Shown here: piece after piece, positions 1 to 8,400 of the stretch | How positions within the stretch are numbered: the first letter of the stretch is position 1 | How the letters are laid out: each line of letters starts with the position of its first letter | Assembly: GCA_040770465.1 (NCBI GenBank) | Contig: JAXGJB010000049.1 | Span: forward strand, 1-14,825 | Origin: Methanothrix sp. | GTDB taxonomy: Archaea; Halobacteriota; Methanosarcinia; Methanotrichales; Methanotrichaceae | DNA length: 14,825 bases | Reading direction: 5' to 3' | Program-made: the position numbers and the translations under genes | Notes under the pieces: model-generated | What the model was told of the DNA's origin: nothing | The model's database searches: none | Seen by the model: only the letters and a program-made list of their open reading frames with translations

Positions 1-423
1 ATCGAGGCGGGGGGAGATAACATCGCAGCGGATCTGGAGGGAAAGGTTCCCCACGTGGATATGGAGTGGGTGATAGACAGCAACCCCGAGATGATAATCT
101 ACTCGATGCCGTCATCTCAGTACGAGGGTGCGACACCCACCCTAGAGGAGATGGAGCTTGTGAGGGAGGAGATCATGAGCCTTCCCGGGTTTGATCAGAT
201 CGATGCCGTGAGTTCTGGCAACGTATATGTCGTGGACATAAACATGGCAAGCGGCCTCGCTGAGGTTGTGAACATGCTCTATTACGCCAAATGGTTCCAC
301 CCCGACCTCTTCGAAGATCTCGACCCCAGGGCCGTCCATGAGGAGATCTATTCGAAGTACTTCGAGATGGAGATAGACTATGTCCACCAGGTCTATCCCG
401 AAACCGCAAGCGCAATCTTATAA
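1..423 (+). CDS. ABC transporter solute-binding protein, iron-siderophore/cobalamin (BtuF/FepB-like) family; C-terminal part, cut by the window start
   Basis: Frame 1 is open from base 1 (IEAGGDNIAADLEGKVPHVDMEWVIDSNPEMII...). The motifs AGGxNIA, EWVxxxNPExII, IDAVxxGNVY and YxAKWFHPDLFEDLDP are typical of methanogen type-III periplasmic binding proteins. Stop TAA at 421-423. Confidence 0.85.
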   Translation: MEAGGDNIAADLEGKVPHVDMEWVIDSNPEMIIYSMPSSQYEGATPTLEEMELVREEIMSLPGFDQIDAVSSGNVYVVDINMASGLAEVVNMLYYAKWFHPDLFEDLDPRAVHEEIYSKYFEMEIDYVHQVYPETASAIL

Positions 424-449
424 CCTGCCGGCGGAGAAATGCGGGGTCC

Positions 450-1436
450 ATGGTCAGAGGCTTGAACCTGCGGGGCTGGATCGAGGTTGACAGAAGAAGG
501 CTTGCCGAGTCCGAGGTCGAGGCGCTCCTCGAAGAGGACCCCGCAAGAGCCTCCTGCTTCGGGGGAGAGTTCTTCCTTTCCTGGGACGATTGCTCTGCCC
601 GCGACCACTTCGGGATCATCCCCGGCGACTGTCCTGCGGGATCGATCGTCTGCAATGGTGAGGTCGTCGGCTCCGTCGATCCGCGGCCGCCCGCCATGGG
701 CCTCGCCTCGGCCATCGAGACGGCCGTCCGGCTCCGGAGCGATGAGGGGGTCGTCGCCCTCTCCGGCGGCGTCGACTCGGCCCTGGTGGCGGCCATAGCC
801 AGAAGGAAGTGCGTCGTGGTGGGGGTCGAGGGTTCCTCCGACCTGGCTAGGGCGAGGTCGGTCGCAGACGCCCTCGACCTTGATCTGGAGGAGGCATTGA
901 TCGACCCCGGAAGGATCGAAGAGGCTCTCGACGCCGTTCTCCCCGTCATTCCCAGCACAAACCCCGTCGACGCCTCCATCGCCGCCACCCTCTACTTCGC
1001 GGCGGAATGGGCCGCTCTTCACGGCCACGAGAGGATTCTCGCGGGCCAGGGAGCCGACGAGCTCTTCGGCGGGTACGCCCGGTACCTGGAGACGACGACC
1101 CTCGCCGCGGATCTGGAGCGGGACTTCCTGGGCCTATCCCTCCAGGCGGCGAGGGACCAGGCGGTGGCCAGCCTCTTCGGCACATATTTTTCGCTCCCCT
1201 ACCTGGACGTCCGGGTGGTTAAGGCGGCGAAGGCGATCCCGCCCGAGGATAAGGTCAGGGACGGAATCCGAAAGAGGCCGCTGCGGGAGGTGGCGGCTTG
1301 TCACATGCCGAACGAGTTCGCCTATCGAGAGAAGAAGGCGATGCAGTACGGGTCGGGGGTGATGCGGGAGATGAAGAGGCTGGCGAGGAGGAGGGGGTAC
1401 GGGAATGTCGGCGACTTTCTTGAGGAGATGCGATGA
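450..1436 (+). CDS. Asparagine-synthase-like protein: intact ATP-pyrophosphatase/synthetase domain with a degenerate, shortened glutamine amidotransferase domain
   Basis: PP-loop ALSGGVDS, GQGADELFGGYARY, LPYLD, RKRPLR and KKAMQYGSG are AsnB synthetase-domain motifs. The N-terminus keeps only GGEF and ARDHFGIIP remnants of the Ntn domain. An alternative TTG start at 462 gives MNLRGWIE. Confidence 0.85.
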   Translation: MVRGLNLRGWIEVDRRRLAESEVEALLEEDPARASCFGGEFFLSWDDCSARDHFGIIPGDCPAGSIVCNGEVVGSVDPRPPAMGLASAIETAVRLRSDEGVVALSGGVDSALVAAIARRKCVVVGVEGSSDLARARSVADALDLDLEEALIDPGRIEEALDAVLPVIPSTNPVDASIAATLYFAAEWAALHGHERILAGQGADELFGGYARYLETTTLAADLERDFLGLSLQAARDQAVASLFGTYFSLPYLDVRVVKAAKAIPPEDKVRDGIRKRPLREVAACHMPNEFAYREKKAMQYGSGVMREMKRLARRRGYGNVGDFLEEMR

Positions 1437-1439
1437 GAG

Positions 1440-1469
1440 GGATGAAAGAGGACCCACCACATCCTTTTT
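1440..1469 (+). terminator. Possible terminator (short inverted repeat plus oligo-T) after the asparagine-synthase-like gene
   Basis: GGATG (1440-1444) and CATCC (1460-1464) are followed directly by TTTTT (1465-1469), just downstream of the stop codon. Confidence 0.35.
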
Positions 1470-1514
1470 CAACGGAGAGGGCGTATTTCAGATAAAAACA
1501 GGAAGGGGTCGGCG

Positions 1515-1949
1515 TTGTCTCTGGTTTGTGAACTCAGGTCAGGAAGATGTTTTCTCGCGAGCCTCGATCACGATTCTGAGATCGTGGCCTCCGTCACGAA
1601 TCTCGCCGAGAGGCTGGGAATCGAGGTCGGCGCCGTCTCCGCCATCGGGGCGCTGAAGAGGGCGGAGATCGGCTACTACGACCAGAACTCCCACGAGTAC
1701 AGAGCGATCGAGATCGACGGTCCCGTTGAGATATCAAGCCTAGTCGGAAACATCTCCATCAGAGACGGAAAGCCCTTCCTCCACGCCCATGCGACCCTGG
1801 CGGACTCCGATGGGAACGTCGGGGGAGGCCACCTGTCGAGCGGGACGGTCTTTGCGGCCGAGGTTTACATCCAGGAGCTTTGTGGGCGGCCGCCTACAAG
1901 AAAACACGACCCAACGACGGACCTCTTCCTCTGGAGTGACGGCGATTGA
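1515..1949 (+). CDS. PPC domain (DUF296, AF0104-like) protein
   Basis: Motifs [22 protein letters not shown] and GGHL, with a 144-aa length typical of the family. The TTG start is preceded by purine-rich GGAAGGGG. Confidence 0.9.
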   Translation: MSLVCELRSGRCFLASLDHDSEIVASVTNLAERLGIEVGAVSAIGALKRAEIGYYDQNSHEYRAIEIDGPVEISSLVGNISIRDGKPFLHAHATLADSDGNVGGGHLSSGTVFAAEVYIQELCGRPPTRKHDPTTDLFLWSDGD

Positions 1950-4900
1950 AGACCGCCGAGTACTTCGAGGTTCTCGAATCGGGGCTGGCCCGCGCGATGG
2001 AGATCGCGGGCAATGCCCGCAGTCAGGGTAAAGACCCGAGCCTCTCGGTGGAGGTGCCGACGGCCGTCGACCTCGCCGAGAGGGTCGAGAAGCTGATCGG
2101 GATCGAGGGTATCGCACGACGGGTCCGGGAGCTGGAGGACGAGGGGATGAGCCGGGAGGAGGCGGCCCTGGCCATCGGCCGCGACTTCGCCGAGGGGAGG
2201 ATCGGTTGCTTCTCGACGAAGATCGAGGCGATCGACGGCGCCATCAGGACCTCCGTCGCCCTCCTCACCGAGGGGGTGGTGGCCGCCCCCATCGAGGGGA
2301 TCGCCAAGGTGGACCTGGGAAAAAACGACGACGGGACCGAGTACCTCAAGGTCTACTACGCCGGGCCCATCCGAAGCGCCGGGGGGACCGCCCAGGCCCT
2401 CTCCGTCCTCGTCGCCGACTGCGTCCGGAGAGAGGTGGGGATCGACCGGTACAAGCCCAGGCCCGAGGAGGTGGAACGGTACGTCGAGGAGATTGGACTC
2501 TACCGGCGGGTGGCGGGGCTGCAGTACGTCCCGTCCGACCAGGAGATCAGGACCCTCGTCCGAAACTGCCCCATCTGCATCGAGGGGGAGCCGACCGAGG
2601 AGGAGGAGGTCTCGGGGTTCCGGGACCTGGAGAGGATCGAGACGAACCGCATCCGGGGCGGCGTCGCCCTCGTCTCGGCCGAGGGGATCGCCCTCAAGAG
2701 GCCGAAGCTGAAAAAGCACGTGACAAAGCTTGCGATCGAGGGGTGGGACTGGCTGGACGAACTCGCCAGCGGCGGAAAAAAAGACGGCGGGGCCTCTAGC
2801 GAGAAGTTTCTCCGGGACATCATCGCCGGAAGGCCGGTCTTCAGCCACCCCCACCGCCCCGGTGGATTTCGGCTCCGGTACGGCCGGTCCCGGAACACCG
2901 GCTTAGCGGCCGCCGGGTTCAGCCCCGCATCCATGGTCCTTCTCAAGGAGTTTCTCGCCGCCGGGACCCAGGTGAAGGTGGAGCAGCCGGGGAAGGCGGC
3001 GGCGGTCTCGCCTGTGAGCAGCATCGAGGGTCCGACGGTGAGGCTCCTCAATGGCGATCTCGTGAGGATCGACTCTCAGGAGGAGGCTGAGCTTTGCAAA
3101 GACGAGGTGGTCAGGATCGTGGACGTCGGCGAGGTTCTGATCAGCTTCGGCGACTTTCTCGAGAACAACAGGACACTGGCTCCCGCATCCTATTCATTTG
3201 AGTGGTGGGCGGCTGAGCTCTCCGAGGCCGGTGGCGACCCCGCGGGCCTCGAAGAGATCGAAGGGAAGGAGGCGATCGAGATCTCGAAGAGGTGGAAGGT
3301 TCCCCTCCACCCGAAATTCACCTACCTCTGGCACGACCTCTCCCCCGACCAGTTCGATGAGCTAAGAGAGACTGTCTTTTCCGAGGGGGAGATCGTGGAC
3401 GGCGACCTAATCTTGCCGCTATCGACGATGGAGGCGCTGGAGACGCTCCTGGTCCTCCACAGGTTGCGTGACCATCGGCTGGTGATCAATGATCCCCACC
3501 CCTTCCTCCTCTGCCTCGGGATCGATCCCGACGGGCTGAGGCCAAAAGAGATCGGGGCGGCGAACGGCGAGTCGAACGAAGAGCCTATCCTCGACGATGC
3601 CGTCCGAGGAGACGACGGCGGAGCTGGATCGCAGAAGGCGGCCGAGGTGAAGGAGGCTCCAGAGACTGCCCTTGATCTTGTCAACCGACTCGCCGGGATA
3701 AAAGTGATGGCGAGGGCCCCCACCAGGGTCGGGTCCAGGATGGGGCGGCCCGAGAAGTCGGACAAAAGAGAGATGAGGCCTCCGCCTCACGTCTTATTCC
3801 CGACGGGCGAGGCGGGAGGAAAGAGCAGGTCTGTCGGAGAGTGCGCAAAAAGCCACGTTGGGAACGGAAGAGTGGGGGTCATCGAGACCTCCATCGGAAA
3901 GAGGGTCTGCACCCGATGCGGGGCCGAGACCCACGAGTTTTTGTGCGAATGCGGCGGCCACACCATCCCCAGGCGATTCTGCCCCACCTGCCGCCAGCCC
4001 GGAAAGGAGAGGTGCCCAAAATGCGGGAAGGCCACCACCGCCGCCGCCTCAATGAAGCTCGACGTCAAGGCTCTCTACTCCCAGGCCCTGACGCATCTGG
4101 GCGAGAGGGAGCCGGACCTGGTCCGGGGCGTCCTCGGCCTCACCTCCCGGGACAAGACCCCCGAGAGCCTGGAGAAGGGCGTCCTTCGGGCGAAGCACGG
4201 CGTCTTCATCTTCAAAGATGGGACGGTCAGGTACGACCTGACAGACCTTCCCCTAACCCACTTCCGGCCCCGGGAGATCCACACCGAGGTCTCGCGGCTC
4301 CGGGAGATGGGCTATTCTGAGGACATTTACGGCGAGGCTCTGACGAGCCCCGATCAGGTCTGCGAGCTTCTGGTCCAGGACGTGATCCTCTCCTTTGACG
4401 GCGGCGGGTACCTCCTGAAGGTGGCGAAGTTCGTCGACGAGGAGCTGGAGAAGTTCTACGGCCTGGAGAGTTTCTACAACGCAGAGACCCCCCAGGACCT
4501 GATCGGCACGCTCCTCGTCGGCCTCGCCCCCCATACATCGGCGGGGGTCTTATGCCGGCTGATCGGCTACACCACCGCGTCGGCGGGGTACGGCCACCCC
4601 TTCTTTCACGCCGCCAAGAGGAGGAACTGCGACGGCGACGAGGACTGCGTGATGCTCCTTCTGGACGCCCTCCTCAACTTCTCGATGTCGTACCTTCCGG
4701 AGAAGAGGGGGGGGAAGATGGACGCGCCCCTGGTGATGACCACGCGGCTCGACCCAGCGGAGGTGGACGGCGAGGCCCACAACCTGGACCTCCCGGCGAA
4801 GTACCCACTGGAGTTCTACCGGGCGACCCTGAAGGGCGCATCGCCGAAGGAGGTGGAGGGGATGATCGACCTCGTATCCAAGAGGCTGGGGACCGAGGCC

Positions 4901-5380
4901 CAGTACCAGGGGTTCTTCTTCACCCACGACACCGACGACATCGCCGCAGGGCCAAAAAACAGCGCCTACAAGACCCTGGAGACGATGATCGACAAGATGG
5001 ACGCCCAGCTCGCCCTGGCGCGGTCGATCAGGGCCGTCGACGAGAGGGATGTAGCGACAAGGGTGATCAACTCCCACTTCCTCCCCGACCTGATCGGAAA
5101 CCTCCGGGCCTTCTCCCGCCAGAAGGTCCGGTGCGTCAAGTGCGGGGCGAAGTTCAGGAGGCCCCCCCTCTCCGAGGTCTGCCCGAAGTGCGGGGGGAGG
5201 GTGATTCTGACGGTCCACGAGGGGTCGGTCAGGAAGTACCTGGAGGTCTCGATGAAGGTCGCCGAGGAGTTCGGGGTCGACGAGTACACCCGGCAGAGGC
5301 TTGAGCTGATCAAGATGGACATCGACTCCCTCTTCCAGAACGAGAAGTCGAAGCAGATGGGGCTAGCGGATTTCATGTGA
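1946..5380 (+). CDS. polC: DNA polymerase D (Pol II) large subunit DP2, no intein
   Basis: Contains [53 protein letters not shown], a central Cys-rich Zn-finger cluster, FKDGTVRYD, the catalytic [13 protein letters not shown], a C-terminal CVKC...CPKC Zn finger and a terminal PIP-box-like KQMGLADFM. The TTG start overlaps the upstream TGA. Confidence 0.98.
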   Translation: MKTAEYFEVLESGLARAMEIAGNARSQGKDPSLSVEVPTAVDLAERVEKLIGIEGIARRVRELEDEGMSREEAALAIGRDFAEGRIGCFSTKIEAIDGAIRTSVALLTEGVVAAPIEGIAKVDLGKNDDGTEYLKVYYAGPIRSAGGTAQALSVLVADCVRREVGIDRYKPRPEEVERYVEEIGLYRRVAGLQYVPSDQEIRTLVRNCPICIEGEPTEEEEVSGFRDLERIETNRIRGGVALVSAEGIALKRPKLKKHVTKLAIEGWDWLDELASGGKKDGGASSEKFLRDIIAGRPVFSHPHRPGGFRLRYGRSRNTGLAAAGFSPASMVLLKEFLAAGTQVKVEQPGKAAAVSPVSSIEGPTVRLLNGDLVRIDSQEEAELCKDEVVRIVDVGEVLISFGDFLENNRTLAPASYSFEWWAAELSEAGGDPAGLEEIEGKEAIEISKRWKVPLHPKFTYLWHDLSPDQFDELRETVFSEGEIVDGDLILPLSTMEALETLLVLHRLRDHRLVINDPHPFLLCLGIDPDGLRPKEIGAANGESNEEPILDDAVRGDDGGAGSQKAAEVKEAPETALDLVNRLAGIKVMARAPTRVGSRMGRPEKSDKREMRPPPHVLFPTGEAGGKSRSVGECAKSHVGNGRVGVIETSIGKRVCTRCGAETHEFLCECGGHTIPRRFCPTCRQPGKERCPKCGKATTAAASMKLDVKALYSQALTHLGEREPDLVRGVLGLTSRDKTPESLEKGVLRAKHGVFIFKDGTVRYDLTDLPLTHFRPREIHTEVSRLREMGYSEDIYGEALTSPDQVCELLVQDVILSFDGGGYLLKVAKFVDEELEKFYGLESFYNAETPQDLIGTLLVGLAPHTSAGVLCRLIGYTTASAGYGHPFFHAAKRRNCDGDEDCVMLLLDALLNFSMSYLPEKRGGKMDAPLVMTTRLDPAEVDGEAHNLDLPAKYPLEFYRATLKGASPKEVEGMIDLVSKRLGTEAQYQGFFFTHDTDDIAAGPKNSAYKTLETMIDKMDAQLALARSIRAVDERDVATRVINSHFLPDLIGNLRAFSRQKVRCVKCGAKFRRPPLSEVCPKCGGRVILTVHEGSVRKYLEVSMKVAEEFGVDEYTRQRLELIKMDIDSLFQNEKSKQMGLADFM

Positions 5381-5463
5381 GCCGGGGGCGCAGGGTGCCA
5401 GCCGGATCCCCGACAAGCCTCCTCTAGTTTCAACAATAAGGATCATCCCGAGATCGTTTTTCC

Positions 5464-8400
5464 TCAGATCGAGACATCCGGCGCTGCAAGATAGTCGAAG
5501 TCCCACTCCGGGGCCGTCCAGCCGGGCTCGGATAGCTCTCCCTCGAACTCGTCGACGGTGATCGAAGAGGAGGTACCCGTCGAGGCCTCGATCTCGCCCG
5601 CCACCGACTGGACGGAGACCGAGACGCTGTTCACAAACATCCCCGACCAGAGAGCTTCGACCTCGTAGACGATGACCCTCGTCTCCTTCGGCCCCAGGTC
5701 GATGAGGTTCCAGACGACCTGATCGTCCTCGTAAGACGAGAACTCGGGCTCCGACTCCTTCAGGACCAATCCCGTCGGGAGGGTGTCGACCACCTTCGCC
5801 ACCTTCGTCTCGTCGTCCCTGTTCTGGACCTCCAGGAGGTACCAGATCTCGTTAGGTCTGGTGGAGCTGACGTAGGCGGTCTTGGTCACGGTGACGGTGC
5901 TCTCGGGCCTGTCGCATGAAAGCCACCCGACCTCGAAGGACGACGAGTTGCTGGCTGTGACCGACTGGTCGTCGTAGAGGCCGGTCGCCTCGACCCGATT
6001 GACCAGAAGCTCCCCGCGGCACTCGGTGACGTTCAGCCATATGTCGATATCCAGCCTCTCCCCGACGGCGAGGTGGGTCAGAGTCCAGGAGGCGGACCCC
6101 GACCCCAGGGTCGGCCTCAGGGTCGAGTTGATGAACTCTGCCCCCGGCGGGAAGAGGTCTTTCGCGTAGACGGGGCTCAGGTCTTCATTGCCGTCGTTCT
6201 CCACAGATATCGTGTAATTTGCAAAGACGTTGCAGCTCTTCGGGTCCGAAGCAAGACTTCCATCCTTGATGATGGTCAGGTGGGGCCGGTCGTACTTGGG
6301 GGCGCCCCGGATGTGAACCCGCCGCTCCAGGGTGTAATCGCCCTCGTATCGGTCGTCGATATCCACCTTGCCGTCGACATTGCCGACGAGGATGGTTTTG
6401 TAGCTGGCCGTCCCCGAGAAGTTCGCCTCCGTCTCCATGGCGTTGAGCCCCATGGCGACGGTCTCTTTATCGAGCCGGTCGAGGCCGGAGTAGCTCTCGG
6501 CGATGAGGCTTCTTCCTTTTGCCCTCGACCAGATCCCCTCGCTCCATCTCGATGAAGAGTTGACCGAGAAGTTATCCGTCAGCCTGAGGCTCGTGGGGGC
6601 GCTGACGAGGGAGAGGTCCTTTGCGATGTAGCTTGTGGATGTGGCGATCATCTCCTCGGCCTGGTAGGAGCCGGAGCCGGACTCGCTGCTCCTCTGGCTC
6701 TCGCCGAGCCTCCTGTCTGTCGAGACCAGCCCCTCGCCGGAGGCCGACCTCTCCGAAGTTACGGCCGATCCGTACTCGTCGACCTTCTCATATACCCGGA
6801 AGCTTCCGGCGTAGTCTTCGAGCATCTCGAGATCCTGCGACCTACTCCCCGACGAGTCGGGGCTCGATGCCGAATAGACGCCGATATGGCCAGATCCTTC
6901 AAACTCCGATTCCACCTCCATCGTCGACTCGTTCTTGTCGAGCTTGACCCTCGACTCGCGGTCGATGAATGTGGCGTACCGATAGGACTCGCTCATGGAG
7001 GTTCCCGTCGCCCAGTTCTTCGCCAGAGACTCCTCGGTCCACCTCGAAGAGAAGGTGACCGTCCGGTTCCGATAAAGGCCCAGGGTGGTGGGCTCGTAGC
7101 TGGCGGAGACCTCTTTATCAAGCTTAATCGACCTGTTCGAGGTGAGGACCAATGCCGCCTCGTCGCTCTCGTAGACGCCGCTTCCGTGCTCCCTAGTCCG
7201 GAGCTCCGTTCCCCTCCCTCCGAGGACCGAGACGTCCTCGACGTCGCTGGCGCTGTCATTTCCTCCCAGGGTCTGGTTGAAGTAGGTGACGAAGACCTCG
7301 TTTCTGAGGGTATAAGAATCGAAAGCCGTCGAGTAGGCGTCATCCACGTTGACGAAGCCCATCCCCCGAACCCTGGACTCGTGGCGGTATTCCAGGTCCT
7401 GCTTTGGCACCCTCACTTCGAGGGTTATCGTCTCCGACTCATTGGGGCCGATCTCGTCGAAGCGCCAAAGGCCGTCGGGGTCGGGGGAAGGAGAGACGGC
7501 GGTCAGCTCCACCTCTCGATTGAAGACGTCCTCGACGACGATGTCGGTCGCCGGGAGGTCGCCGTTGTTGTAGAGCCTGATGGTGTAGGTGACCGTCTCG
7601 CCCCGCTCGACCTCGCTCACCGAGGCGGTCTTCTCGACGAAGAGGGGGTCGATGAGGCCGACGGTGTCGATTATGCCGGGATCCATGAGGGGGTAGTGGT
7701 CAGTTTCATTTGACGTATCGTTGATCACGTACGGGGTATCTCCGATCCCGTCTCCTCTGTCGCTTCCGTTGTAGTCGTGCCAGTAGTTGCCCAGATAATT
7801 CTTGTATTCTATGTCGTTGTACTGGTAAGTGATCTTCTCCGGCGAACTCCAGAGGTTATCTTCAGAGTATGATTCGGCGTTGATAGAATTATCGAATTCG
7901 TTGAGATATATTTTGTTGCCGTCGCAACCCTCTTCGATCTTCATGCCGCAGCTGCTGCCGACGATGGCATTGCCCTTGATCACATTGTTGTTGGAAGTTT
8001 CTCCCCAAAAGTTGGAAAAGAGATATATGCCAGATGCTCCAGTGATGCCTTTATTTTCCACGATACTGTTATTGCTAGAACCATAGAGGCCGATCCCGAC
8101 TCCACCTATTCCAGTAATCTCCGAGTTGCCAGAGATCTCGTTTTTGCTAGAATGATCGAGGTAGATGCCATAATATCCAGTAATCTCCGAGTTGCCAGAG
8201 ACCTCGTTTTCGCTAGAATCGTAGAGGTTGATGCCACCAGTAATCTCCGAGTTGCCTGAGATCTCGTTTTTGCTAGAATAATAGAGGGAAACTTCAGTAA
8301 CTTCCGTGTTGCCAGAGATCTCGTTTCCGTCAGAACTATCGAGGCTAATACCACCGCCTTCCTCTGAACCGATTTGTGAATTTCTCCTGATCTTGTTACC

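Noticed and set aside
1865-5436. Long antisense and alternate-frame ORFs over polC (e.g. 1865-2854 -, 4550-5218 -, 4552-5304 +)
   Set aside because: These are shadow ORFs expected from GC3-rich codon usage. The translations are Arg/Gly/Pro-rich or mirror-like with no recognisable motifs, and they overlap a clearly conserved gene.
8111-8336. Repeat-spacer pattern resembling a mini CRISPR array
   Set aside because: Spacers are only 14-23 nt and unequal, all periods are multiples of 3, the repeats translate as beta-helix coils within an intact ORF, and there are no cas genes or leader.
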